Both the position numbers and the translations under genes were made by a program. DNA of 64,000 nucleotides from Macrostomum hystrix (taxonomy: Eukaryota; Animalia; Platyhelminthes): the NCBI GenBank assembly GCA_950097015.1, contig CATNEN010000034.1:5828001-5892000 (forward strand), in the 5' to 3' direction. Within the stretch, counting starts at the first letter, position 1, and each line of letters begins with the position of its first letter. The notes below the pieces were generated by a model, which ran no database searches, was not told the origin of the DNA, and was given only the letters and a program-made list of their open reading frames with translations. This document shows, piece after piece, positions 1-11,600 of the stretch.

Positions 1-93
1 TAACAGCTCGTAGATTTAGGGTGGTTTTAGTGGGGTAACAGCCGGTAGACATTCCAACGCATTACAAGCCCAGGGGTAAGCAAATTAAAGCAA

Positions 94-2256
94 TCAATTG
101 AAGCCGCTCTGCATCATTCCTCGCCTTCGCCTGTCCTGCATTAGCGCGGTTCGCCCAATGAGTTGGTGCATACTGTTAGTAGCTTGAATGAGTGTGCCCA
201 GCAGGGCTGTGAGTTGCACATCGTTGCACTGGCGATAGAAGGCCCTATAAAATTCCGGACCGCCGCAGACCGGCAGCTGATCGGCTAGGCGGCGCAGATC
301 GCGCAGCACGGCATGACAGGGCGGCAATCGGCCGGCTGTGACGTCGCGCAGATAGGCCATCAGCAGGCCCAGCCGGCTGTGCAATGCGCGCACTGCGCTG
401 CGCTGAACCACCAATGCTTCGGTCACCTTTTACGAGTGAAGCAAAAAACACCATATTCGATTAGAATAATGCAAACTACTCTACTGGCAGTAGAAATACA
501 CGATTTTTTCATCGCGATTGTACCTTGGTCCCGCCGCTGCCAGATATATCCCTAGACACGTGATCAACTCCGATTCTTTCAGCCTCCTCAGTAGCCAGAA
601 TGTAGGTCAGTGGGATAAATAGGCACTTCGGCGAACCATTAACCAGTTCAAGTACCGATTCAAATAGGCGAACAGGAAGGGACTCCGATGTGCCAGCCGC
701 CGATCCCGGCAGCAGGCGGAGTAGGACGGGCATCAGGGGCGAGTCAGACATCACTAGGTCGCATACCTGCTTGTGCAGCGCAGCCTCCGTGTCTGTCACC
801 TGCAGCAATCGATTAGGGATCAATTGTAAAAGAAGAAATGTTCTGGATAAAGTTCATGATGGCAAGAAATGTTCTGGATGAAGTTCATGATGGGAAGAAA
901 TGTTCTGGATGAAGTTCATGATGGGAAGAAATGTTCAGGGTGAAGTTCATGATGGGAAGAAATGTTCTGGATGAAGTTCATGATGGGAAGAAATGTTCAG
1001 GGTGAAGTTCATGATGGGAAGAAATGTTCAGGGTGAAGTTTATGATAGGAAGAAATGTTCAGGGTGAAGTTCATGATGGGAAAAAATGTTCTGGGTGAAG
1101 TTTATGATAGGAAGAAATGATCAGGGATGAAGTTCATGATGGGAAGAAATGTTCAGGGTGAAGTTCATGATGGGAAGAAATGTTCTGGATGAAGTTCATG
1201 ATGGGAAGAAATGTTCAGGGTGAAGTTCATGATGGGAAGAAATGTTCAGGGTGAAGTTTATGATAGGAAGAAATGTTCAGGGTGAAGTTCATGATGGGAA
1301 AAAATGTTCTGGGTGAAGTTTATGATAGGAAGAAATGATCAGGGATGAAGTTCATGATGGGAAGAAATGATCAGGGATGAAGTTCATGATGGAATAAATA
1401 ATCAGGGATGAAGTTCATGATGGGAATAAATAATCAGGGATGAAGTTTATGATGGGAATAAATAGTCAGGGATGAAGTTCATGATGGGAATAAATAATCA
1501 GGGATGAAGTTCATGATGGGAATAAATAATCAGGGATGAAGTTCATGATGGGAAGAAATGATCAGGGATGAAGTTTATGATGGGAAGAAATGATCAGGGA
1601 TGAAGTTTATGATGGGAAGAAATGATCAGGGATGAAGTTCATGATGGGAAGAAATGTTCAGGATTAAGTTCACAATGTGAAGAAATGTTCAGGATTAAGT
1701 TCACAATGTGAAGAAATGTTTAGGATTAAGTTTAGGATCGCGAAAAAATGTTTGTGGTAGAGTTTAGGCTGGGGAGATATGCTTAAGGTGGGATTTGAGT
1801 GGGAGGAAACGAATAAATTTATTTTCTCCAACGTACCTCATCAGGCAAGTCGCAGCAGTAATACCAGCCGACAACACTAAGACTGGGGTAAACTTCGCGA
1901 TACTGAGCTAGGCGAGTCTGGAAGAAGCCAACATCAATAGTGTCCGCAAGCGAAGCTGGTGACGCGCCGGCCGACTGCGGAAAATAGGGCGCCAATTCAA
2001 AACAGTTGCAGATTTCAACCAGCCGACCCTCCTGCTTGCCGAGAAGGGCGCCCAGTACGCGTGTGTGATTGAACTGCAGACGGCAGCGAGTCCAATGATC
2101 CGAGATTGTCAGCAGCACCAGAGGATGCAGGGCGGCGTTAACAGATGGTTGGACGCCAGCTGGAGCCATGTGACCGGAGCCTGAGGCGACAGTCGCGACA
2201 ACAGCCGGGTCGCCGCTAGTCAAAGGCACAGCTGCAGCTGACAAATCCACTTCCAT
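94..2256 (-). CDS. COPS6: COP9 signalosome subunit 6 (MPN domain), 3 exons, ~342 aa
   Basis: Exons 2256-1837, 799-524 and 426-94, all GT-AG and phase 0. Motifs LHPLVLLTISDHWTR, VLGALLGKQEGRLVEICNCFEL, YILATEEAERIGVDHV and FYRQCNDVQL match CSN6 from memory of the family. Confidence 0.92.
829..1735. repeat. 31-32 bp minisatellite (GATGAAGTTCATGATGGGAAGAAATGTTCTG), ~29 copies, in COPS6 intron 1
   Basis: Tandem periodicity read directly; variants drift along the array. Confidence 0.95.
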
Positions 2257-2672
2257 GATGAATTTTGATTAGTTTATTAATTTACTACTATAAGTATTAT
2301 TGTAGATTTGCGAGCTGCCGAATTCGAATTTGAACTGAAAAAAAGGAACGGTTTATTTACCTTCGAGATCAATACTCAGCCGATATGTATAGAAAATGGT
2401 GTAATTCAGATTATACATATACTACAATTAAAACTGTCTCGAAAAATAATTGAACAATACAAGCAGGAATTTTATTCCATACAGCACAATAAATAAAATT
2501 CGAATAATTAGCTATTATAATTTATAATTCATTTGTACAAGCCAACAAGGATAGAAAACAGATAAAATTACGAGTATGACGAGCAACAAAAACTAGAAAA
2601 TAATTAACTTTACTGAAAGCATAGCAAAACGAATTGTTACAAAAGACAGCATTAAAAAACAGGCCCTAACGA

Positions 2673-5600
2673 TCACTGAGTGGCCGCCTCGCTTCTATGC
2701 AGCATCCGCATGTGCCTGACCAGATTGCCGCGCTGGGAGAATCTCAGATTGCACACTTTGCACACGTGCGGCCTGGGCCTATCGGAGTGCAGCAGCGTGT
2801 GTGTGGCCAGCGAGGAGCGCTGGGTGAAGCGGGCGCCGCAGGTCAGACAAACGTGGCCTTCGCTGCGCGAGTGCGACTCCTCGTGTCGGCGAAGATGCGA
2901 CAGGCAGCTGAAGACGCGATCGCAGGGCTGGCACTTGTGCAGAGGCTGCGGCTTAGTTGGCCCACCGCCAACCGCGACAGCGGCTGCCATTGAAGCGGCC
3001 GCGTTAGCCGCAGCCAAGGAGGCCGCGTCGGCTGAGCAGGCGTGGGTAGTGAAGGCCGTGGAGCTGTTGAAGAACTGCATGCACTGGTCGCAACGATAGC
3101 TGCTCTTAAAGCCAGCGGCTGACACGGCGGCGGCTGCGGCCGAGGCGGAGGCGGAGCTAGCTGATGGGGCTGCGTCGGGCAGGCGTCGATAATTTCGCCC
3201 CGGCCGCCGATTCACCCCACTCGCGCCAATAGCCAACGTGGTTGCTGCTGACGTATTGGAAGGCTGCTGCTGTTGCTGTTGTTGTTGCGACTGCGAGGGT
3301 CCAGGCTCGCCGCTAAGCTCCTTTAACAGCGACTCGCTGGCGGCTTGACCAACCGGATCAGCCGAGTCAAAGCCAGTACTCGGCCGGGCGTCCAGATGAT
3401 GCTGATCTGCGGGGACGACCACCTTGGCAACGCCGGCGTCATCTCTGCCAGCATCGATGTCGATCTCCAATGCGGAAGCCACATCAACAATGGTAGCCGC
3501 TGTCTGAGCACTGTTAGCTGAAGAGCTGGCCACCATAGGAACAGAGGCGCCAGTGGCAGCAGTTGCCATGCTGTAGCTTTGCAGAAGAAGCGACAAGTCG
3601 CCGTGATCGGTGTCGGCTAGCAGCAGCGTTGTTCCACCGGCGCCGCTGGCGCCAACGGAGCTGACAATGTCGCCGGAGGCAGTAAGCATGTCTGCACTGC
3701 CGAGAATGTAAAACACGTTGCCCGCATCAACGCTTAGAACAGCTAGCTGCTGCTGCTGTTGCTGAAGAGCTTGCTGCTGTTGAAGCTGCTGCTGCTGCTG
3801 CTGCTGTTGAAGCTGCTGCTGCTGCTGTTGAAGCTGCTGCTGCTGTTGCTGTTGAAATATCAGCTGTTGCTGTTGCTGTTGCTGCTTCTTGCGCAGCTGC
3901 TGCTGCCTGTACCGCTGACGCCGCTGCTGCAGCTGCGGATCTCTCTGAGGCGGCTGTCGTTGCCGGTGCTTTGGCTGCCTTGGAATGTCTGCCGCGGCTG
4001 CTTCTGTAGCTGCTGATTTTCCGTTGGCAGCATCAGCCACCGATGCTGATGGTTGATCATTCTCGATTGCTACCGAAGATGAAGCCTGCTGCCTGCCGGC
4101 GTCGGAGCCGACTGGCACTGGCTGGACCCGGGCCGTCTGGGGGTCGCGTCGAAGCAGCAGGCCGTGCGCCTTCAAATAGTGCCGCTTCCTGGCCGACGAG
4201 AAGTGGAAACTTTCCGCGCACAACTGGCAACGATAGGGCCTGGCACCGGCGTGCAGATTCATGTGGACTCGCAGGCTGCTCTTGGAGGCGAAGTAGTTCT
4301 TGCACAGGTGACAAGCGAGAAGCTTCACCTGAGTGTTCATACCGGAATTCGCTTTTTATTAGGACCAACATCTTCATTTATAAAAAAATTTAAATTTCTT
4401 TTACACTCTTCAGTCAGCCCCGCTATGTTCACTTTCACCCTGGAAACCGTTCCATTGATTGTCACTCCTGGAAACCGTTCCCTTGATTGTCACTCCTAGA
4501 AACCGTTCCATTGATTGTCACTCCTGGAAACCGTTCCTTTGATTGTCACTCCTGGAAACCGTTCCGTTAATTGTCACTTCTGGATACCGTTCCATTGATC
4601 GTAACTCCTGGAAACCGTTCCCAGGATTGTCACTCCTGGAAACCGTTCCCTTGATTGTCACACCAGGAAACCGTTCCCTCAATTGTCACTCCTAGAAACC
4701 GTTCCGTTAATTGTCACTTCTGGATACCGTTCCATTGATCGTAACTCCTGGAAACCGTTCTCTTGATTGTCACTCCTGGAAACCGTGCCCTTAATTGTCA
4801 CTCCTGGAAACCGTTCCCTTGATTGTCACTCCTGGAAACCGTTCCTTTGATTGTCACTCCTGGAAACCGTTCCGTTAATTGTCACTTCTGGATACCGTTC
4901 CATTGATCGTAACTCCTGGAAACCGTTCCCAGGACTGTCACTCCTGGAAACCGTTCTCTTGATTGTCACTCCTGGAAACCGTTCCCTTGATTGTCACTCC
5001 TGGAAACCGTTCTCTTGATTGTCACTCCTGGAAACCGTTCCCTTGATTGTCACTCCTGGAAACCGTTCTCTTGATTGTTAATCCTGGAAACCGTGCCCTT
5101 AATTGTCACTCCTGGAAACCGTTCCCTTGATTGTCACTCCTGGAAACCGTTCTCTTGATTGCCAATCCTGGAAACCGTGCCCTTAATTGTCACTCCTGGA
5201 AACCGTTCCCTTGATTGTCAATCCTGAAAACCGTTCCCTTGATTGTCTCTGCTGGAACTGTCTCCTCGAGCTCCCGATAATTTAGGTGCAAATCTCAAAT
5301 TATGACATAGTCATAGACGACCCACCTGCTGGCTATGCAGCCTAGTTACGTGATACTTCAGCGAGCTGTTAGCCGTAAACGTCTTCTGGCAGATGTTGCA
5401 TTTGTAGGGCCTGGCGCCGGTGTGTACTGAGCCATGCCGAAGCAATTCAATTCTGCGAGCAAATCTGGCGCCGCAAATCTTGCAGACCAGACGATCGCTG
5501 GCCGATTCATCGCCGTCGCGACTATCGTCCGAATCGGCGCGTGTGTCGGCGACGCGATTCGCTGCAGAGATTCCGCCGGCTCGCGCAATTTCGGTTAGAT

Positions 5601-8600
5601 TAACGCCAGCGTCGGTGTGACGCAATTTGGCTGCACGGACCAGCATGCGCTGCGACACGGTCATGTCGGTGGTGACAGCGGCCTGAGCCAGGCTGCGGGT
5701 CTCCTCCTCTGGTAGGCGAATCTGATTCCGGCGCTCTCGATCAAACTCTCGACTGCCCAGCTGATAGTTCCTAGCCTGGAGTGGTGAAGCAATAGTGTTG
5801 TCATTTCGGCAGGGATGTGTGAAACGGTATTTACTTTGGTTTTAAGGGATTTTCCATGCTTATTTTCTTTACGAGACTTTGATTTTTCCTGAAGTTTTTC
5901 AGGGCATCTGCACATTAATTGCATTTCACACACTTTCAGAAGATATCTTGTACTTTAAGGATATTTCTGTACTTTCATCGGAACTCTTGTACTTTCAGTG
6001 GAATTCCTGTACTTTCATTTAAGTTTCTGTAATTTCCTTCGAGTTTCTGCACTTTCCTTCGAGTTTCTGCACTTTCCTTCGATTTTCTGTACTTTCCTTC
6101 GAGTTTCTGTACTTTCCTTCGAGTTTCTGCACTTTCCTTCGAGTTTCTGTACTTTCCTTCGAGTTTCTGCACTTTCCTTCGAGTTTCTGTACTTTCCTTC
6201 GAGTTTCTGTACTTTCCTTCGAGTTTCTGCACTTTCCTTCGATTTTCTGTACTTTCCTTCGAGTTTCTGCACTTTCCTTCGAGTTTCTGTACTTTCCTTC
6301 GAGTTTCTGCACTTTCCTTCGATTTTCTGTACTTTCCTTCGAGTTTCTGTACTTTCCTTCGAGTTTCTGTACTTTCCTTCGAGTTTCTGTACTTTCCTTC
6401 GAGTTTCTGTAATTTCCTTGAGTTTCTGTTCTTTCATTCAAGATTCTGTACTGTCACTGAAATTCCTCTACTTTCATTGCAATTCTTCTACTTTCATTGC
6501 AATTCTTCTACTTTCATTGCAATTCTTCTACTTTCATTGCAATTCCTGTAATTTCATTGCAACTCCTGTACTTTCATTGCAATTCTTCTACTTTCATTGC
6601 AATTCCTGTAATTTCATTGCAACTCCTGTACTTTCATTGCAATTCTTCTACTTTCATTGCAATTCCTGTACTTTCATTGCAATTCCTGTACTTTCATTGC
6701 AATTCCTGTACTTTCATTGCAATTCCTGTACTTTCATTGCAATTCTTCTACTTTCATTGCAATTCCTGTACTTTCATTGCAATTCCTGTACTTTCATTGC
6801 AATTCCTGTACTTTCATTGCAATTCCTGTACTTTCATTGCAATTCCTGTACTTTCATTGCAATTCCTGTACTTTCATTGCAATTCCTGTACTTTCATTGC
6901 AATTCTTCTACTTTCATTGCAATTCCTGTACCTCTATGGAGATTTCTGTCACGTTACTGAATGTCACTGGAATTTAAGAAAAAGCTAGAAAATTTTTTTT
7001 CGCTACCATGAGGAACTCCTGCAGGCTAGGAAAGAGCCTATTGAACAGTAACTATAAATGTATTAGCAGCCCATCCTAACCTGTTTCAAATCCACAAGCA
7101 GGCTCTCTCGCTCGGAGCGCAGCTCGCCAATATGCAATTGCAGATGCTTGATACTGTGAAAATCCCTCTCGCAATGATTGCATCGGAAATGTCGCCTATC
7201 ATTGTGCCTCACAGTGGTGTGGACAGCCAGGGCGCTCTGACTATTGAATGCCTGGCCGCAGTCGTGACACTGCTTGGGCTTAGTCGGATCGTGGCCCAGG
7301 CTGTGATTCTTCAAGGCTAGCTCAGATTGGAACGCCTTGCCGCACTGCCGACAGGCCGGCCGTTCCTGGTGATGCTCCGTGCGCACGTGCAGCTGCAGCT
7401 GTTTGGCCTTGTAGAAACTGCGCTGACACTTTGCGCAGCCGTAGTAGGCGTCCAGGCTTATCTGCGCAGCGTAAACAAATTATAAGATATGAATGCAACC
7501 TACTACTTATAGTAGAAAACTGGAAAGTAACTCTAATAGAAGCGAAGCTTGCTTTCGCTTTGTTTCGCTACTAAAACTTTAGATCTTGTCTTCTTACGCG
7601 GGGAGCAGGGTGTAAAAAACCCTGTGTTTTACCCCAAACTTAATAACAACAACAACAACTTACGCGGAGGTTAGATACACTAGGGCCTAGTTATGCAAAA
7701 ACACCGTCAGGCTCTTATGTGGCCTGTATATAAGTTATATACCCAATCAAGTCTCACCCCCTTAGAGTGTAGTGACTACTCACACACACTACTAGTAACA
7801 AGTATAAAATACCAAAACCTAATTACAATAAACATGCAAACGAATTTCAATTTCACTTTGTGAACACCTCTACTGCTGCTTTAGGGACTTAACTTCAATG
7901 TTTTAGTTTTAATTGCTTGCTCTAATAAATAAAATAAGGTGCAAGAGCGAAAGCTGACGCACGGGTCCAGCATCCCGGATAGGACTAACTTCTACAATGA
8001 ATTCTCTCTAATCAATATTCTACTATCTATCTACCAATTTAAAATATAATAATAATAAAATTAAGTATATATTCTAGGCTCGTACTATCAAACTTTTAAA
8101 AGCAAACTTTCACAATATCATTATTTTAGTCATCTCAAAGAAAATACATATTTTTCTCATATTTAGAATTTGTCCAACCTACCATATCATCTCCCTTAGG
8201 GATGGGATATTGGTTAACCGTAGCCGTTCCATCGCTAGCATAGAGAGCCTCGGTTAGTTGTGGAAAATCTGTAGACAATACGCTAGACAATTGAGCATTG
8301 AGATCGTGCATCGAGTCCGTAACAACCCCGGTGGGATTAGATAGGCGATTCAAGGTTGCAGCCCTGCCACTAGCGGCAATGGTTAAAGTCTGCTGTAAAA
8401 TTCCAGCGCCGGATGTTCCGGGCATTGACGCCGAGACATGCGACGAAGTCGGAGCCGGGGGCGGCGGCGGAGCTGCGGTGCTGTCCAAGCTCGGATCTAG
8501 ATGAGCGGGCACTACAGCGTCGAGACTGTCCATGCCTGAAAAGCAAACAAATAATTAACAGTAAGAAGACCTCGTCGTTATTCCAATTAAAAAATTCCTC

Positions 8601-11600
8601 ATGGAACCATGTCGGCTCCAAAAACTATGCCAATCAGTCGCAGGGACCTTTGTTCTCAGCATCCTAGTCACCAGGATTCCCTTCATCACAATCTGGACCA
8701 TCGGCGGCGACTGTCGGGACCTTCAACAAAAGCACCCGATCAGCATCTCAAAGACAGCTGCATGCAGTCGTCAGTTTCTTCAGTCAGGAGAGATGATCAG
8801 TAAATTAAATTGACGATGGCGACCTTCTAAGCTGACCTGAAAACATACAGACAGACTTCGGGACATTCAATGGAGTGCCGACGCGCAGCCCTGACGAGCT
8901 GGCACCCCCAACAACGTCCTCTTGCGATCAAGGCTCTACAGCAGGCATGTCTGCATATTATTTAATGCTGTATTATCTTTCGTGTCATGCTGTAATATGA
9001 AGCTAATAAAGAATATAAAAATTAATTTTCGAAATGTCATTTGAGAGGTCGAGAGTTCGAATTTCTGCTAGTGGAACCCTCCCAGTCTATGGACTGAACA
9101 GTTGTAACCACATAAAAAAGTCCGTACCATTCAGACAGGTATTTAACAATCGATCAATTTCGGGCTGATCAATAACAGAAGCCGAGCCGTGTAGATTGGA
9201 TAAAAATGACACATCCGTAGGGCACAGGCTGGTTAGCGCGTCCTGCATCAGGTCGTCTGTGGGCAGCACCGGCTGGGGCGCCTGCGGCGGATCCGGCACC
9301 AGCGCCAGGGCGTAGCTGGTGCGGGGCACCGGGTCGCCGCGACGCGTGTGCGCAATGGAATGCCGCTTGCATTTGGTGCGCGTGCGAAAGCCCTGCGCAT
9401 CGTGTAGAATAGGATTTTATATGGCCTTGTAATAATATTGTGGAAGTATACAGTAGACCCGCAGCCAGCGATGAGGCAATACTGGCCATTCCGCTGACTC
9501 CTGAGCACACACGCAACCACAGATACGTACACAGGCACACACTCACACAGGGTTGTACAATTTACACTGACCTACTCATTGTCAGGCAGTGCTCACTATT
9601 ACAATGCCTTGGAGGTTGGCCCTAAAGAGGGGTCGGTGGCAGAGCGGTCAACGCGTTTGCCTCTCGCACCACGGTCACTAAGTTCGATTCCGCGGCGATT
9701 CCGCGGCGAGGCCACATTCATTTGGTGTGCAATTTACGCCCTTGAGGGGCAACAGTGAAATGTAGTGTACACTGCCTGACGATGAGAAAGTCAAGGCAGA
9801 TGTACACACCTGAATCGAGAATCAGAATCGAGTTCAGGCAACTTGGTGCGGGAAATAAACCCGGTTACCCCTTTGCCACACCACCATAACGCCTTGCTGT
9901 GTTTTAGTTCAGTTCCATTCCATTCCTTTCTATTCCAACTGCAATTAGTAGAAAAGGTTGACTACTGCTTAATTGGCAAAGGAGGTCAGAAGTTCGAATC
10001 TGTGAAAAATTCGAAAAATTGCCGAAAGAGAAGCGAGACTTTAGTCTGTTTAACAAGGATTAGACGGGGTAGAGATTAGAATTTGTTTCTCCCCACCCCT
10101 AGTCCGCTGATCATTGCAACAAACCTTGTGGCAGACATTGCAGAAGAAGCTAACACCATCGCCATGCCAATTGTCAATGTGCCGATTAAGATTGCTGCGA
10201 CTCTTAAACGACAGACTCGGGCAGCGGTCGCAGGTAAATGGTCGTTGGCCATCGTGCACTGTTCGTATGTGCTGCTGCAGTACATTAGCTGTACTATAAC
10301 AGCGTTGGCACATTGGACAAAAGTGTGGCCTCAGATTGCAATGACTCATCACGTGACGCTGCAGGTGGCCTTTCTTTTTAAAGATTTTGCCGCACTGATC
10401 GCACCGATGCGGCCGGCTGGGATCCGGAGCATCGGCCACCACGCCAAGACTGCGGGCTGGCGCTGAGGGTACCAGGACGCGTTGAAAATTAGCATCGTAG
10501 ACAATCTCCAAGGGTTCCAGAGCTGGAGCCGGGTCTAACTGTGGCTCCAGCACTCTTGAAACTGTTCGCAGATCCCTAGCCGGATGAGTGCGCAGGTGAT
10601 ATTTCAGATTGCTTTTAGTGATGAAACGGTGAAAGCAGTACTCGCAACTGTACGGATAGATTTCTTCGTGTCGTCGCATGTGTACCTGCGAGGTGAGGGT
10701 CGAATTTAGACAGAACTTGATTTGCCATTTTTTACTTACAGTTTGAGAGCAAAAGAAATGTGAATGACGCACTGTTGATCAGGTTGGTTACCGGCGAACT
10801 TATAGTTAGGAATAGTACATTAGTACTTAATAAAAGTCCACCGGCCGTAAACTGATCAGTTTTTGTTATTTTGTTTCTCCCCATATTAACAGCGCTTTTG
10901 CTGTTTGTCTGTTAAATACGACAGCCGAAACCATAATTAATGACATCGAACTTGACTTGGAGAGATTAAACTACTTGAAGTAGTAAAATTCAATAATATT
11001 CTATATGTCGGAGCCATCTAATTGCATACAGTACAACATGTAGATCAGGTTGGTTACCAATGAACTTATCGATAATTAGTACGCATGTACTTTTATAAAA
11101 GTCCATCGGCCGTAAGCTGAGCAGAATATTGTTTCTCCCTTTACAGCAGCATTATGCCGTTTGTCTGTTCAATACGAAATCAGAGACAAAATTGATGACA
11201 TCGCATTCGACAAAAGAGAGATGTACCACTTGCAGCTAGTAGTAGCTAAACTCATTTACTTGTACGTAGGACGAAATCAAAATACAGTGCAACATGTTGA
11301 TCAGGTTGGTTACCAATGAACTTATCGATAAAAAGTACGCGTGTACTTTTATAAGTCCATCGGCCGTAAGCTGACCAGTATATTTACACTGTCTCTCCAA
11401 TTTCAATCAGCACTTTGCTGTTGACTGCTTAATTCGATGTCAGAAACAAAAGTGGACAACATCGACTAAGACAAAAGGAGATGTATAAGTTAAGAAAATA
11501 ATATTAAATAAAACGTAGCGAAATAGAATATGTAGTTCAGGTTGGTTACCAGTGACATTATCAAAAAAAGAAAAGTACGCCTGTACTTTTATAGAAGTCC

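Noticed and set aside
2680-4499. Plus-strand and alternate-frame ORFs overlapping zinc-finger exons (also those overlapping the GPCR, Helitron and LINE)
   Set aside because: Shadow ORFs of GC-rich coding sequence with no recognisable motifs.
5975-6988. Long ORFs in all frames (also 16829-17164, 32377-33286, 50599-51338)
   Set aside because: Translations of stop-free minisatellites inside introns or intergenic DNA.
7530-8010. Possible non-autonomous Helentron-like insertion in a zinc-finger intron
   Set aside because: Only suggestive motifs (AGCGAAGC, an AAC microsatellite); termini could not be defined.
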